Of a DNA stretch of 64,000 bases, positions 16,992-28,990 are shown piece by piece. Numbering within the stretch: position 1 is the stretch's first letter; each line of letters starts with the position of its first letter. The DNA lies in the NCBI GenBank assembly GCA_043228905.1, contig JBHGNT010000010.1, positions 18,352,001 through 18,416,000 on the forward strand, read 5' to 3'. The notes under the pieces were generated by a model. It was not told where the DNA came from, did not search any database, and saw only the letters and a program-made list of their open reading frames with translations. A program made the translations under genes and the position numbers. The DNA is from Azolla caroliniana. Lineage: Eukaryota; Plantae; Polypodiophyta.

Positions 16992-19900
16992 CTCATTGTC
17001 ACCTTCATGGTTTACATTGTCCTTGAGAACCCGAGCAAGCTCAATCCATAAGAGCTCTCTCTCTCCCTATCGCTATCGGCTTCGTGGTTTATATTGTCCT
17101 TGAGAACCCGAGCAAGCTCAATCCAAGGCCCATAGCCTCAGGCCCCATATGTATACATAGATATTACGGCTCTTGAAAACTCTCTCGTTGACATCCACAA
17201 GAAACCACATGCAATGAAAGGGCCATGATCATGGCAACGATCGAACTCTAGTTCTCTTGAGATTTGATGGCTTTGACAATGCAATGCAAGCCACGATCCC
17301 AACAAACAAAGAGCCACAATTTTCTTTTACAAACTTGAATTTGAGACCATAAAGATTATGCATTCAACCCCTACCTTTCGCATTGGGATATCATAAAGTA
17401 TTGTCACACATATTGAAGGTTTGAACCTAGCCAAGTATATGGACTACTTCAAACATGGCTTATAAGTAGGAAATGACACTAGTGTGTGTGTGTGTGTGTG
17501 TTCCCTCTACAGTTGGAACTCATGAGAACGCATCGTGGAGCATAGGGGTTAGTCTTTGTCGATACCTAAGTTATCAATAGGCCAAGTTCCGTCCTAGATT
17601 TGAGACGTTCTCTTTTCATTTTTGCATAGTTGCAAGCTAGTAGGCTATAAGCACGAAGTCTTGGATTCAAATCTTTACTTCCACGTATCTTTGTTGCATT
17701 GTACAGTGTATATCACCTTTCCTAAATTGTATGCCGCATTGGTGTGTGGAACTCACAACTTTCACAATCCCTTCGTCTCTTCTTGACCCCCCCTATATTG
17801 AAAAGACAGAAGGTGGAGCAAAGATGACTCTGAAGAGTATTACTCCATACTTAGCTTAACATAGTTGAAGTGTAATGCATCAAATCACTAAGTGCTCATG
17901 TTAAGATCATAGAATAGGAAATGTGCTCTTATTGGAAATTTCCCTTACTACATCATGCCACGTGCTTTGATTCTAATACTTCCCTATCTATTTCATTGTT
18001 TTTTTAAACTTGTGATGCTTGTTGACGTGCTTGCGGCTATCTTATCTCAACTACCTTTGACTTTAATTTTATATGATTCATTGTCTCTTAGCTTTGTACT
18101 TCTTAAATACTATTCCTTACATTGGCCTCTCGTGAATGTGATGATATGGCTTAATACGATTATACTATACTTCATATCAAGCGATGTGCCTTACCACACA
18201 TATCACATTGAAGTCCTTGTGATTGATATGCGCAAACTAATGGATATGCTCCCCTATGAGTGACTTGGGGTTGCATGCACCAACTTTAATGCATGTTTAT
18301 TCCATTCTATGTTGAATTAGTTTCTCTACTTAGTTGTTGAGATTGTTTTATGCGTTCTTTGAGAGTCGGTTCCTCTAACACTCTCACCACATTGACGATT
18401 GACCATTTTGATTGATGAGTTGCTTATGGACATGGCAACAAGGCATCTTGTGCCAAAGCAAAGAAATTTAAGCCAAACATAAGTTTAGACAACCCCATGA
18501 AGTCCATTTAATGAATTGTTTCTTATAAACTATTTATGTTACATTGTCCAATTTATTTGATCTAAATGTTATAAAAACAAGTTTTTACAGATTTACATTA
18601 GGGTATCCAAGGACATTAAATTTTACGAAAGGACACACATCCACAAGCATGCCCCCTTCATGCATACTGCAAGGGAAACTAAGAGAACTTGTAAAATCAA
18701 GTTTGAGGAAGGGGTCTAATGTTAAAAAAACTTCATGTCATTAGCATGTTCAATAGAAAAGCTCTTCATATTATCACATAGAGATATTGTTGACACTCAC
18801 ATTTTTCTATTAGAAATGCCATTTCCCAAAATTCAAGGGATGAACCACACATTATGACATTGTGCTCTGTCTGACGGGTTTCAAATTGTCTTACAATTTA
18901 ATGCCTTTTGCACTTTCACTTTCCAGAACTCAAGGGTTGAAAGTGATGCAAATAGTGCCAGAGATTCTAAAAAAATGGCTTTGCAATCCCACTTTCCACA
19001 ACTCAAGGGTTGAAAATGATAGCATTATCTTATCAAACACAAATGGTAATACACACACACACACAAATATATTGTTCATTGTTGTCCAAGCGGTTGGGAT
19101 CTTGATTTATTGGTGACATTTATTGTCCCACCAAAGTTTTTTTTAGGGGGACGGGGAGACCTCGTTGCAGAGGATCAATATTCACCTCACATTATTATGG
19201 GATGACCTGAATATTTATCCATTCAAATTAAGGCTCTTTTCATCCAACATACCTTCATGAACCAACTGTTAACATCATCCCAACACACACGCCCACACTT
19301 ATTTTGTTTTGTTCTTATAGTCTAGTACAATACATAAAAATAAATTTTATAATGAAGCACAATACTTACACCTTTCTACACATTATGATATATCTAGTGT
19401 AAGACTATTCAAGCTGAAAATACTCTATGTGATTGTTTCCAATATCATAAGTCTTTGATATTCTCATTAACTCCAACGATATGAGTGATGATACAACATA
19501 TCAATAGATATATTTTTAAAGTCCATGGGTGATCAATGGCAATCTATGTGACAAGGCCAAGCCCATGGCGAGAGAGAGGTGGGTGCCCAAATAGTTGGAT
19601 TGTTATGTCACAACATTGGGCATCATTAATTTGGATAATTTCCTCATCCTTTCCATGGGTTTTTATCTTAAGGTGTTAGAGTTGTACCCCTATCGTCATC
19701 GCCATGTTATAAGGGAATGTTTGACTACCTTCGGTATATTAGGAGTTATATTGCAATTAGGGCGGGACATTTGACAACTTATTCACAAACATGCATATTG
19801 AAAGTTCTCAAGACATAGCTTGGTGGGCAACTTGTCCCCATAGGAGTTTTTGCAATAGAGCATTGTGGATATTGTTCTCTCAACCATAATGTTCGCTCTT

Positions 19901-22900
19901 TGTGGGTTTATAAATTATCATCTCACAAGTGCTAGGATTTTTCCTCGCCATTATCGGTAATCTCTTTAAAGCAAAATGAACCAATGAAGCACGAGGATCA
20001 TACTTAAGTTTGGATCCTAGATATACCTTTAAATCTCATTTGAAATTATCAAGACAATCTTTGAAGTGTCATCCATTCACTAGACTTAAATCCCTCTCGA
20101 ATAATTGTTTACTTATAGTTGAGGGTGAGCAGAAGCATCACCATGTTTATAAAAGGGAGACTTGATCATCTTTCTATATTGCTATAAGCATTCTACATGC
20201 ATGTCATTCTTATTATCCAATATAGCCATTAAGATCTGTTTTTTAGGTAAATTTTTTGGTTTTCATTCTCATTAAAGTTTGGGAAAAACTATAATTGTGC
20301 ATGTGCACACATGCATAACATAAAAACATGCAACGAACAAAGGGTCAAACATTTTTGCGCATTCAAAGTTTTAAATTTCGAATGACTGAGGAGGGTTTTT
20401 GTGTGGCGTCTTAATCAAACTGTCTATTTTATTAAAGAAGCCTAGATTAAAAGCTATCTCCTTAGGCATACATATATGTATTTCATGATGGAAATAGGTA
20501 GGTTTTTTATTGTTGCAATAAGTTGGCGTTCTTGTAAAATTAGTTGATGGATTTTATTAAAGATTTGGAAAACTCTCAAAAGACTTCAACTAGTTTTAAG
20601 GGGGCACTTCATATAGTCCCACATTGGATCAAAGTAGTGTCACATGTATTGGGTGGTTAAATCTCCATTTAAAGGCACACTTATGTGCCATTCATGCCAT
20701 ACGACGTACATATCATTAAATAAATAAGCAAATAACCACCTAACACATTATGGTTGGCAAAATGGGAGTTATAATGGCATATAACAAATATTGAAGAGCG
20801 AGATTACACAGCAAACAGAGTTAGGGGAGAAGCTACCATGGTGGACAAGAACCCCCTCGAACATTTGGCCAACTGTTTCACTATGTAAGCTTGAGCCAAT
20901 CGTGCATATCTAACCTTTTGTGAATGCTTAAGGTGCTCTAACATGCTTGCCAACAAATTCACCTGTGATTGTCCTCAAACATACAGTTGCACATTGTTTA
21001 TGTATTTGTCTTGATGCCACAATTTCGTGTGTTGCTGATTACCAAGATTTTGATGTTAAGTACATATAATCATTGATGCGCTATATATACATTTTTACGA
21101 ATTTACATGATAGAATATTGAGATACGATACACTTCACTAATTTATGTATACATTTTCTACTATATTTATCTACTGACTACTACTAATTATCTCTCTTCT
21201 CTTTTAATTAACAATTTAACAATTTATCAGTATATTTACAATTAGGAGATAATGCATTACATTATGATATTCATGTAATATCTTGTCGTTTTATGCATTC
21301 AACCTCATCATTTTGGTATTCTCGAGACAATCTTGTCCATGTGGCATGAATGATAACCTTCCATCCGACGTAGGTCAACCAAATGTTTTATATTATGCTC
21401 GATGGATTTAGCCTTATTTGGAACATGTTGTCTTCCGTGATGTTTGAGAAGGAGAATTATGGGAAATTTTATAACCTAACATCTTATATATATATATATA
21501 TTTGAATTTAATGTTCAAGAACTTGGACTTAAAATAAGCGACACATGGATACACACACATACATAATATGTATATAATATATAGTAAAAAGGACTTCATA
21601 TTCATTGACCAGTATAAGTCAAATGTTTTAAATCATGTTTCCGATGTTAGACCATGCATATTCATTTGCATAATGGAACAACAATGCATATTGACCCTCT
21701 TAGTTGAGGCATCTAAACATTCATTCATTGGCACACGTTAGCCCCTTTTTTTAATATAGTGAGTTTTTTCCCCAAAAAACAATAGATCCCTTTTGGACCT
21801 ATAGAAAAGGTTACATTCACACATCAACCGACAACAACGGGCCTCACACCAACAAGTGAAATGAGAAGGGGGGAAATTGCATTATTTTTATGGGTCCGCA
21901 AAAACCATGTAGACATAGAAATTGTACAAAGTGGAAAAGCACACATATATCAAGATTTGAAGCCACACCATTAGCAATAATTACCCGATTCAATAGTGTT
22001 ATATCTAGAATGAACATAACTTGTCCTACACACATTACATATGTGGTTCATTGTTGATGAGTGAGTTTAATTCTAGCCATGAAATGAATTAGAGAAAAAT
22101 GTATTAATGTGTTGTATAAACCTTATTTACTTCGTCTTCTCATTAATTATGACTAATCTCAAAATCTAGTCAATCATTAACATGTCAAATAATTTCATGA
22201 ATGACATACCATGCATTTGATTGTTTAATTGCTAGAACCACCATCTACTTTGAACACTTAGATTCATTGTGTGTGAACTCATGCATAAAACATGTGAACA
22301 CTCAAAACACGATAACAACGTGAGATCAAATTTTGCGTTAAAATAACTAGAGATGTATTTGCACACCAAGGGTTAGACACTTAATTTTAGTAAGCTTTTG
22401 ACAATGATCTAATGCCCTTTTGGGTAATAAATGATAAAGGGAAACAACACAACCACTTTGATTAACGTATATAATCACGATTTGTGCTACCTTTTTCTAG
22501 ATGCGAAACAAGACAAATTACAAATAACCTTTGAGAATTGTTGCGACAATTGAAATATATGCACTACTTAAGACTTTGATCTAAGTTACCTACTCCCCTG
22601 TGTCTATGATCTAAAGAAGAAGAAGAAGAAGAAGAAGTGGTGGTTGTATTTCCTTAACTCCCCGCATTCTAACCACCTTACCCACACAACACAAAACTTT
22701 AACCCTCTAAAAGTAGCCAATAGCTTTATTTTGTGTACGAAAAATATACTCCATATCTACTACAATGGGGATATATTGTCTACCGCACCAAACTACTTCC
22801 ATTACCTATCCAAGTTTAAACAAAACTTTAGTCATTTGTACATTATTGAAAGATAATAATATACGTGTGCAACAACTTCAAGAATAGTTACTTCATTGAA

Positions 22901-23799
22901 TTCATGTAAGGCACGTGTTTATGAAGAGATCAATGCCTTGAACAAATGAATGCAAGAATTTAAAGGCATAAACAATGCAAGTGTATAAGGTTCACGCTTT
23001 ATGCACTTTCTACCATGAAGGGATGTCACATTAATATGACTACAAACCAATGCCATAAGATCCAATACCCAAGATATTATAAATAATGACTCATCATGGC
23101 ATAACACTTTTCCAAAACAATCCCTTTTGCAAGGTCGCTTAAGTCAAGGATGACTTTCAAAGATGTTAATATTGGTGTAGTGTTCGTCAAAATCCTTCAA
23201 ATATAGAACATCCATGTTTAACAATGATTGGGTTTAGGTGAACGAAGTGCAATTAGAGGTGTTTTCACATATGAAGTTGATGCTACCTATGTTTTAGATA
23301 CTATAAGTAGACTCGCCACAAAGATGAAATAAAGTCGAGTAGGTCAATATGGACTTGTTATAATTGTCAAGATGCACTCTATGTGAAAAGAAAATAAAAG
23401 TGGCACTTTATAGTATCACATTCCTTGTTGAGAATGTCATGCTTCAAGTGTACTTGCTAGAATGTTGCACATTATTTTTTGTATTCATCAAAATGCCACA
23501 TTTTTTATTTCATTAACATGAAAATGCCAAGACTCGAATGCCTTGATTAACTAGCAATGTTAAGATTAAGTAATGAAATATTGCTTGAGCAATAACAACT
23601 ACTTAATGGAACATTGCTAAGAATTGTCAAGCAATTAGTGTCACCTCACAAAATTAGCAAATTAATATAACCAAATAATAGTGAGATTCTTGAACAATAT
23701 TATTTAATTAGCTTGTATACCTCAATTATGGGACAATATAAAAAAGACCAAGTATATTGCATAATATGACGTGAATCTTTGTGTAATTTCCTGAAATAT

Positions 23800-24162
23800 T
23801 GAAAATACTCTTGGTAAAATAGGTTAGCTATAATTGCATGCAAATTAATTAAGGGTGGTTTAATGATGCCATTAAGAAATCAACAATAATATGCACAAGT
23901 GCATGTAACATTCACATACATTCATGTTTTGGCAATTCATTTGATCACCAAGCATGAAAAGAGTAAACATATGTTGAAAGATTGGAAATACACTTGGTAA
24001 AATAAGTAGATCTACTAGCTATAATTGCATGCAAATTAATTAAGGGTGGTTTAATGATGCTATTAAGAAATCAACAATAATATGCATAGGTGCATGTAAC
24101 ATTCACATACATTTGTGTTTTGGCAATTCGTTTTATCACCAACCATGAAAAGAGTAAACATA
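23800..24162. repeat. ~185-bp tandem duplication
   Basis: ...tagctataattgcatgcaaattaattaagggtgg...catgaaaagagtaaacat twice. Confidence 0.85.
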
Positions 24163-24202
24163 CGCTAGCTCTAAACGCAACAATTCTCATGATGCCAAAT
24201 AC

Positions 24203-24274
24203 ATAGTTATTGAGGATTGAACTTGTAACCTCACATCTACAAGATGTCATGCTCAACCATTTTGATATGAGCAT
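24203..24274 (-). ncRNA. tRNA-Thr(UGU)-like cassette in LTR U3 (second copy 25764-25835); not a complete tRNA
   Basis: Reverse complement: AATGGTTGAGC, anticodon arm ACAT-CTTGTAG-ATGT, AGGTT variable loop, AGTTCAATCCT B box, all in tRNA register; acceptor stem unpaired. Confidence 0.65.
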
Positions 24275-24904
24275 GCATTTATATATTAATGATTTATTAG
24301 TCTAATATATAGTTCATTAGTATATTCTAGAAATATTGTACGACATATTCTAGATGAGTATATTCTAGAGATATTTCTCGAGTATATTCTAGAGATATTC
24401 AATCTCGGAACATGTATAAATACTTGTAACCTCCTTGGTCCCTTTCAAGGGATTCAATACCAGTCATTGACACATCAATCTAGTATTCTCGTTTCGCCTC
24501 ATCTTTGTCTCCTTGATCTTTATTTCTGTCTTCATGCCCATGTCGCTCACAACATCTAGAGTTCTTGGCCTTGTCACATCTAGCTCCAAGTTCATCTGTC
24601 GCTTGTAGCCCCATCATCTGTGCTCTGTCCTAGTCAGCGCTTGGTGTGTCCGTGACAATTTGAATCCCTTCTGCATTTTTGTTATAGTTCAAGTCTCGTG
24701 CCACTTTCTGTTGGCGAGGACCGATTTCGATCGCTCACCTTCTAGTTTCAGTGGGGGTCACAACCACTCACTTTCCTAGTGGGGATTGGGTGGTTTTCTC
24801 GCTATTGCTACCATTTGTGCCGTGTCTTGGGTCAACCTCGACTATTTATCCCCTCATAATAGATTTTGAAGAAGTTGAGTCGACTGCTTCACTTGCACTC
24901 CTTC

Positions 24905-25690
24905 GCCCATTGTTGTTCCAGTTCTCGGTGAGGGCCGCACAGTCGCTCACACCCGTTCATGTTTAGTTCTCGGTGAGGGCCGTATGGTTGCTCACGCCCG
25001 TTCGTGTTCGATTTCCATTTCCCGATGAGGGCCACACATGGTTGCTCACGTTCCATTTCCCGATGAAGGCCACACATGGTCGCTCACGTCCATTCGTGTT
25101 CCAGTTCTCGCCCATTCGTGTTTGAGTTCTTGGTGAGTGCCGCATGGTCGCTTCACTCCCGTTCATGTTCAAGTTCCTGATGAGGGTCGCATGGTCGGTC
25201 ATGCCCGTTCATGTTCTCGGTGAGGACCGCACATGGTCACTCACGTCTGTTCGTGTTCTAGTCTTTGGCGACGGCCATACATGGTCGCTCACACCCGTTA
25301 GGGTTCCTCTCCTGTGAAAACCGTACATGGTCGCTCACACCCATCAGGGTTCCTCTCCGGTGAGGACCGTACATGGTCGCTCACGCCCATTCGTGTTCTA
25401 GTTCCTGGTGAGGGCCGCATGGTCGCTCATGCTCGTTCATGTTCCCTGTGAGGACCGCGCATGGTCGCTCACGTCTGTCCGTGTTCTAGTCTTCGGCGAT
25501 GGCCACATACATGGTCGCTCACACCCGTCGGGGTTCCTCTCCAGTGAGGACCGTACATGGTCGCTCACGCTCGTTGGTGTTCCAATCTCCGCTGAGGACC
25601 ACACATGGTCACTCACGTCCGGTTGTGTTCTAATCTCGGGTGAGGACAACATATGGTTCCTCATGCCCGTTAGTGCTCCAATTCCTGTTC
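24905..25690 (+). repeat. Minisatellite array of ~35-45-bp diverged units inside the non-autonomous element
   Basis: Core gagg(g/a)ccgca(ca)tggtcgctcac.cccgttc.tgttc repeated roughly 18-20 times. Confidence 0.9.
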
Positions 25691-26801
25691 ACCCCTACAT
25701 CACACTTTCGAAAAGGTGGCCGTAAAGGGGAGGATAATGTCATGACACAGTGACATCAAATACGTAGTTAGTGAGGATTGAACTTGTAACCTCACATCTA
25801 CAAGATGTCATGCTCAACCATTTTAATATGAGCATGCATTTATAGATAATTATTTATTAGTCTAACATATAGTACATTTTAGAATCGAAATATTCTAGTC
25901 GGTAGTATATTCTAGAAATATTGTACGACATATTCTAGATGAGTATATTCTAGAGATATTTCTTGAGTATATTCAGATCCTTGGTCCCTTTCAAGGGATT
26001 CAACACCAGTCATTGACACATCAATCTAGTATTCTCGTTTCGCCTCATCTTTGTCTCCTTGATCTTTATTTCTGTCTTCCCATGTTGTTCACAACATCTA
26101 GAGTTCCTAGCCTTGTCACATCTAGCTCCAAGTTCATCCGTTGCTCGTAGCCCCATCATTTGTGCTCCGTCCTAGTCTGGCTTGGTGTGTCAGTGACACT
26201 ATCACATGTTAGGGGGTAGTGTGCTTTCAAGTGAGACCTCATTGAATAAAAAATATGTGCCTTTATCCTAGTTTCACGTTTGTGAGTTCAAAGCACATGT
26301 TACTCTGCAATAGAACATGTTTTTGTGTAGAATGATTTGCGAGTTTCCTAAAATTGATTATGGCAAATTCCAAAGGCCAAGTTTCAAATCTATAAATCAA
26401 GCACCCCAATCATACCATGCTTTGAATATGTCAATTGCACTATCATCATTGCATACATATTTGATTAGCTTGCCAATCGTCATCCGCGACAATGACTAAT
26501 CACATTTGCACATCAACATAATTTAGATACAACAACAATAGATGACAAATATTTATACATGCAAAGCCATATACATTTCAAAAGAACAATTTATACACCC
26601 CACAACAAAATCTCGTGGTTTTACATAGAAAATGATGTTTTTTAGAGCACTTTTGGCATTTCATAAAATCATTAGAGCCTCCAAGTGACAAGCAACTTGG
26701 TGTGACATAAGAAATCCAATTTGCTAGCAAGCATGGTATAATGTTACTTGCATCTATACCTACAACTTTGCCAACTTTTGTATCTTCTGCCAATGTGTTT
26801 G

Positions 26802-26857
26802 TGTGAAGAATCGGGAGTGATTCTGTGCAGCGGAAGGTTTATGTATGTGTATATGTA

Positions 26858-26944
<87 letters not shown>

Positions 26945-27225
26945 AAAGTTATATAGAAAACAAGAAAAATTGTATTAAAAAGAACAATAATGAATCAATA
27001 GTTACAAGGAGAGGAGACAGGTGCTTATGTAGTCACATTCTCTCTATATTCTCTTTCTACAACCAGCACTTACTAAAGAGAGGTGGAGACTTAACTACAC
27101 TAAATATGTGTCATAGAACTTTAAGGTTCTACGACACATTAGTTGCTATAGTAGGAGGTGGTTTGTTCACACATTAGTGTTAAGGTGTGTTCCCACACCA
27201 GGGAAGTTGAGTTTGATTCTCAACA
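26802..27225 (-). mobile_element. 3' LTR of the outermost Ty1/copia element (contains (GA)n)
   Basis: Minus-strand PPT gaaggggcg then TGTTGAGAATCAAACTCAAC; left boundary approximate. Confidence 0.75.
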
Positions 27226-27747
27226 CGCCCCTTCAAACACAACTTCTGGTTGCCGGAAAGTTGGTTCAGATTGGTCTTCAGGTTGGCTTTGAGCAAAACC
27301 CGACATCGGCTTTGGATAGCTGGCTCATCAATATGGTCTTCGATCAACGTTGTGTCGGTCGGTTCCTCACTCCCCCTCAAGCTCGGTTGGTCGGTGAACG
27401 AGAGACCGAGATTTGTCGTGAATTGTCGTAGCTTGTCGACTCCCATGGCGTTCATGAAGATGTTCGACGTCTGCAGATTCGTGTTGATGTGTTGCAAGTT
27501 GATATCTTTGGCTAGGACACGTTCTCGGATGAAGTGATAATGCACCTCAATGTGCTTAGTTCGAGCGTGGAATACTGGATTGTTGGCCAGGTGGATACTA
27601 CTCATGTTGCCGCAATAGAGGAGAATTGGAGCCTAGATGGGAACGCCCATATCCTTCAAGATTTGCTTCAGCCAAATAGCTTCGCATGTTGCCACGGTTG
27701 CGCCCCTATATTATGTGTCTATTCTCGACCATGCAATTGTCAGCTGT
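27226..27747 (-). pseudogene. Copia RNase H segment (piece 1 of the split host)
   Basis: EAIW...NNPVFHARTKHIEVHYHFIRE. Confidence 0.9.
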
Positions 27748-28127
27748 TGTAATAACCAAGACCATTAATCCTAAAATAAAGACATAAAGTGACACAATCA
27801 TACTGAAAATATGCGTTACCACCCATCTGCCCCCTCGCCAGAGTCGACAACACAGACGAGGAATCCTGATCTGTCCCATACTAGCTAGGATCTCCATGTC
27901 AGGGTCTTGGTGTCGTGACTTGAGAATAGGAGAGAGAAAAATAAGATGACAATAGAAGGTAGAGGGAGAGAGAGAGAGAGAGAGAAAGAACACTAGAGAT
28001 GGAAAGAGAGTTTATATTATAAGAGAGCAAGGATTACAAAGAGTAGGCTAAGGGGCTACAAACTGGTATTGAACCGAATGAGTTGTGATGAATGAATAGA
28101 CACCTATTTATAGGTCCTTATGGAGTA

Positions 28128-28208
28128 TTCTGGAAAGTTCTAGAATATTTTAGATATTTATGATATTTAATATAATCATGGAATATCCTAGAATGTTCTA
28201 GAATACTC
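28128..28208. promoter_or_regulatory. Heat-shock element arrays in the Tcn1 LTR U3 (also ~37774-37855)
   Basis: TTCtgGAAagTTCtaGAA and GAAtgTTCtaGAA starting ~16 bp upstream of the minus-strand TATAAATA at 28105-28112. Confidence 0.65.
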
Positions 28209-28256
28209 TAAATGTCTTGTAATAACTAATAATACATTTATTATAACTATACATCA

Positions 28257-28330
28257 TATATGTTAGTATAATGGTTAAAGGTCTAACATATAGACCAAGA
28301 CGTCTTGAGGTCGAATCCTTGTTAGGCCAA
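28257..28330 (+). ncRNA. tRNA-like A/B-box cassette in the Tcn1 LTR (also 37903-37976, and inverted at ~37122-37198)
   Basis: TAGTATAATGGTT ... G(G/C)TCGAATCC in tRNA spacing; T54 not conserved. Confidence 0.5.
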
Positions 28331-28990
28331 AATGTATGTCGTCATGACATTATCCCCCCTTTTCGACAACGAGTTCCACGAGTCGGAAGACAAGATTTCG
28401 GACTTGGCTTATGAGGATATTTGTTGTGAAATGCAGCAACCATTTCGGAGGCATTAGCAAGATTCTCAAGAGGTTCCCATGTTCGATCATTAGGTGTATA
28501 ACCTAACCAGTCAACCAAATAATACAGTTTGTTGCGAACGATCTTGGAGTCGAGAATGGCAACAACTTCATATTCGGAGCCATCCGAAATTTCGATTGGA
28601 GGTGGGGGAGATGTAAGACGGCCTGGAATAGAGCTGGTTGTGTACGGCTCCAAAAGTGAAACATGGAAGACCGGGTGAAGATGCATATGAGGGGGAAGAT
28701 CAAGGTGAAATGCCACATCATTGATCTTACCAGATATCACATATGGGCCAAAACGTTGATAATCCAATTTGCAGCAAGGTCGGGTTGTTTTAATGCGACC
28801 TTGTAAAAGCCATACTCGATCCCCCACTTGAAACGTAGTCGATGAATCACGTCGATGACGGTCGGCAACCGTCTTTTGAGTGTTTTGAGCATCACATAAA
28901 TGGTGCAAAAGGATATCTTGAACTTCTTGGAGTCGGGTGAGCCAATCTTCAACAACCGGGTTTGTCGGGAGTTCGGGATGTTCAAGCATA

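Larger units (their letters stand above)
24185..26198 (+). mobile_element. Non-autonomous LTR retroelement (TRIM/LARD-like), Tcn1-related, non-coding interior
   Basis: LTRs 24185-24657 and 25738-26198 (TGTCATGAC...GTGACA). PPT aaaggggaggataa at 25724-25737 is nearly identical to that of the Tcn1-like element. Self-complementary PBS at 24660-24670. No clear TSD. Confidence 0.85.

Noticed and set aside
17620-17685. Weak tRNA/SINE-like stretch ending GGATTCAAATC
   Set aside because: No convincing A box or boundaries.
24905-25690. CRISPR-like appearance of conserved cores with variable linkers
   Set aside because: The linkers are related to each other, the units are degenerate, there are no cas genes, and the array lies inside a eukaryotic LTR element; it is a minisatellite.
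26300-26800. Possible hAT transposase relic (DASN, TPSC, TTRF on the minus strand)
   Set aside because: Too degenerate to support. The 17.2-23.8 kb region likewise looks like decayed repeats that I cannot classify.
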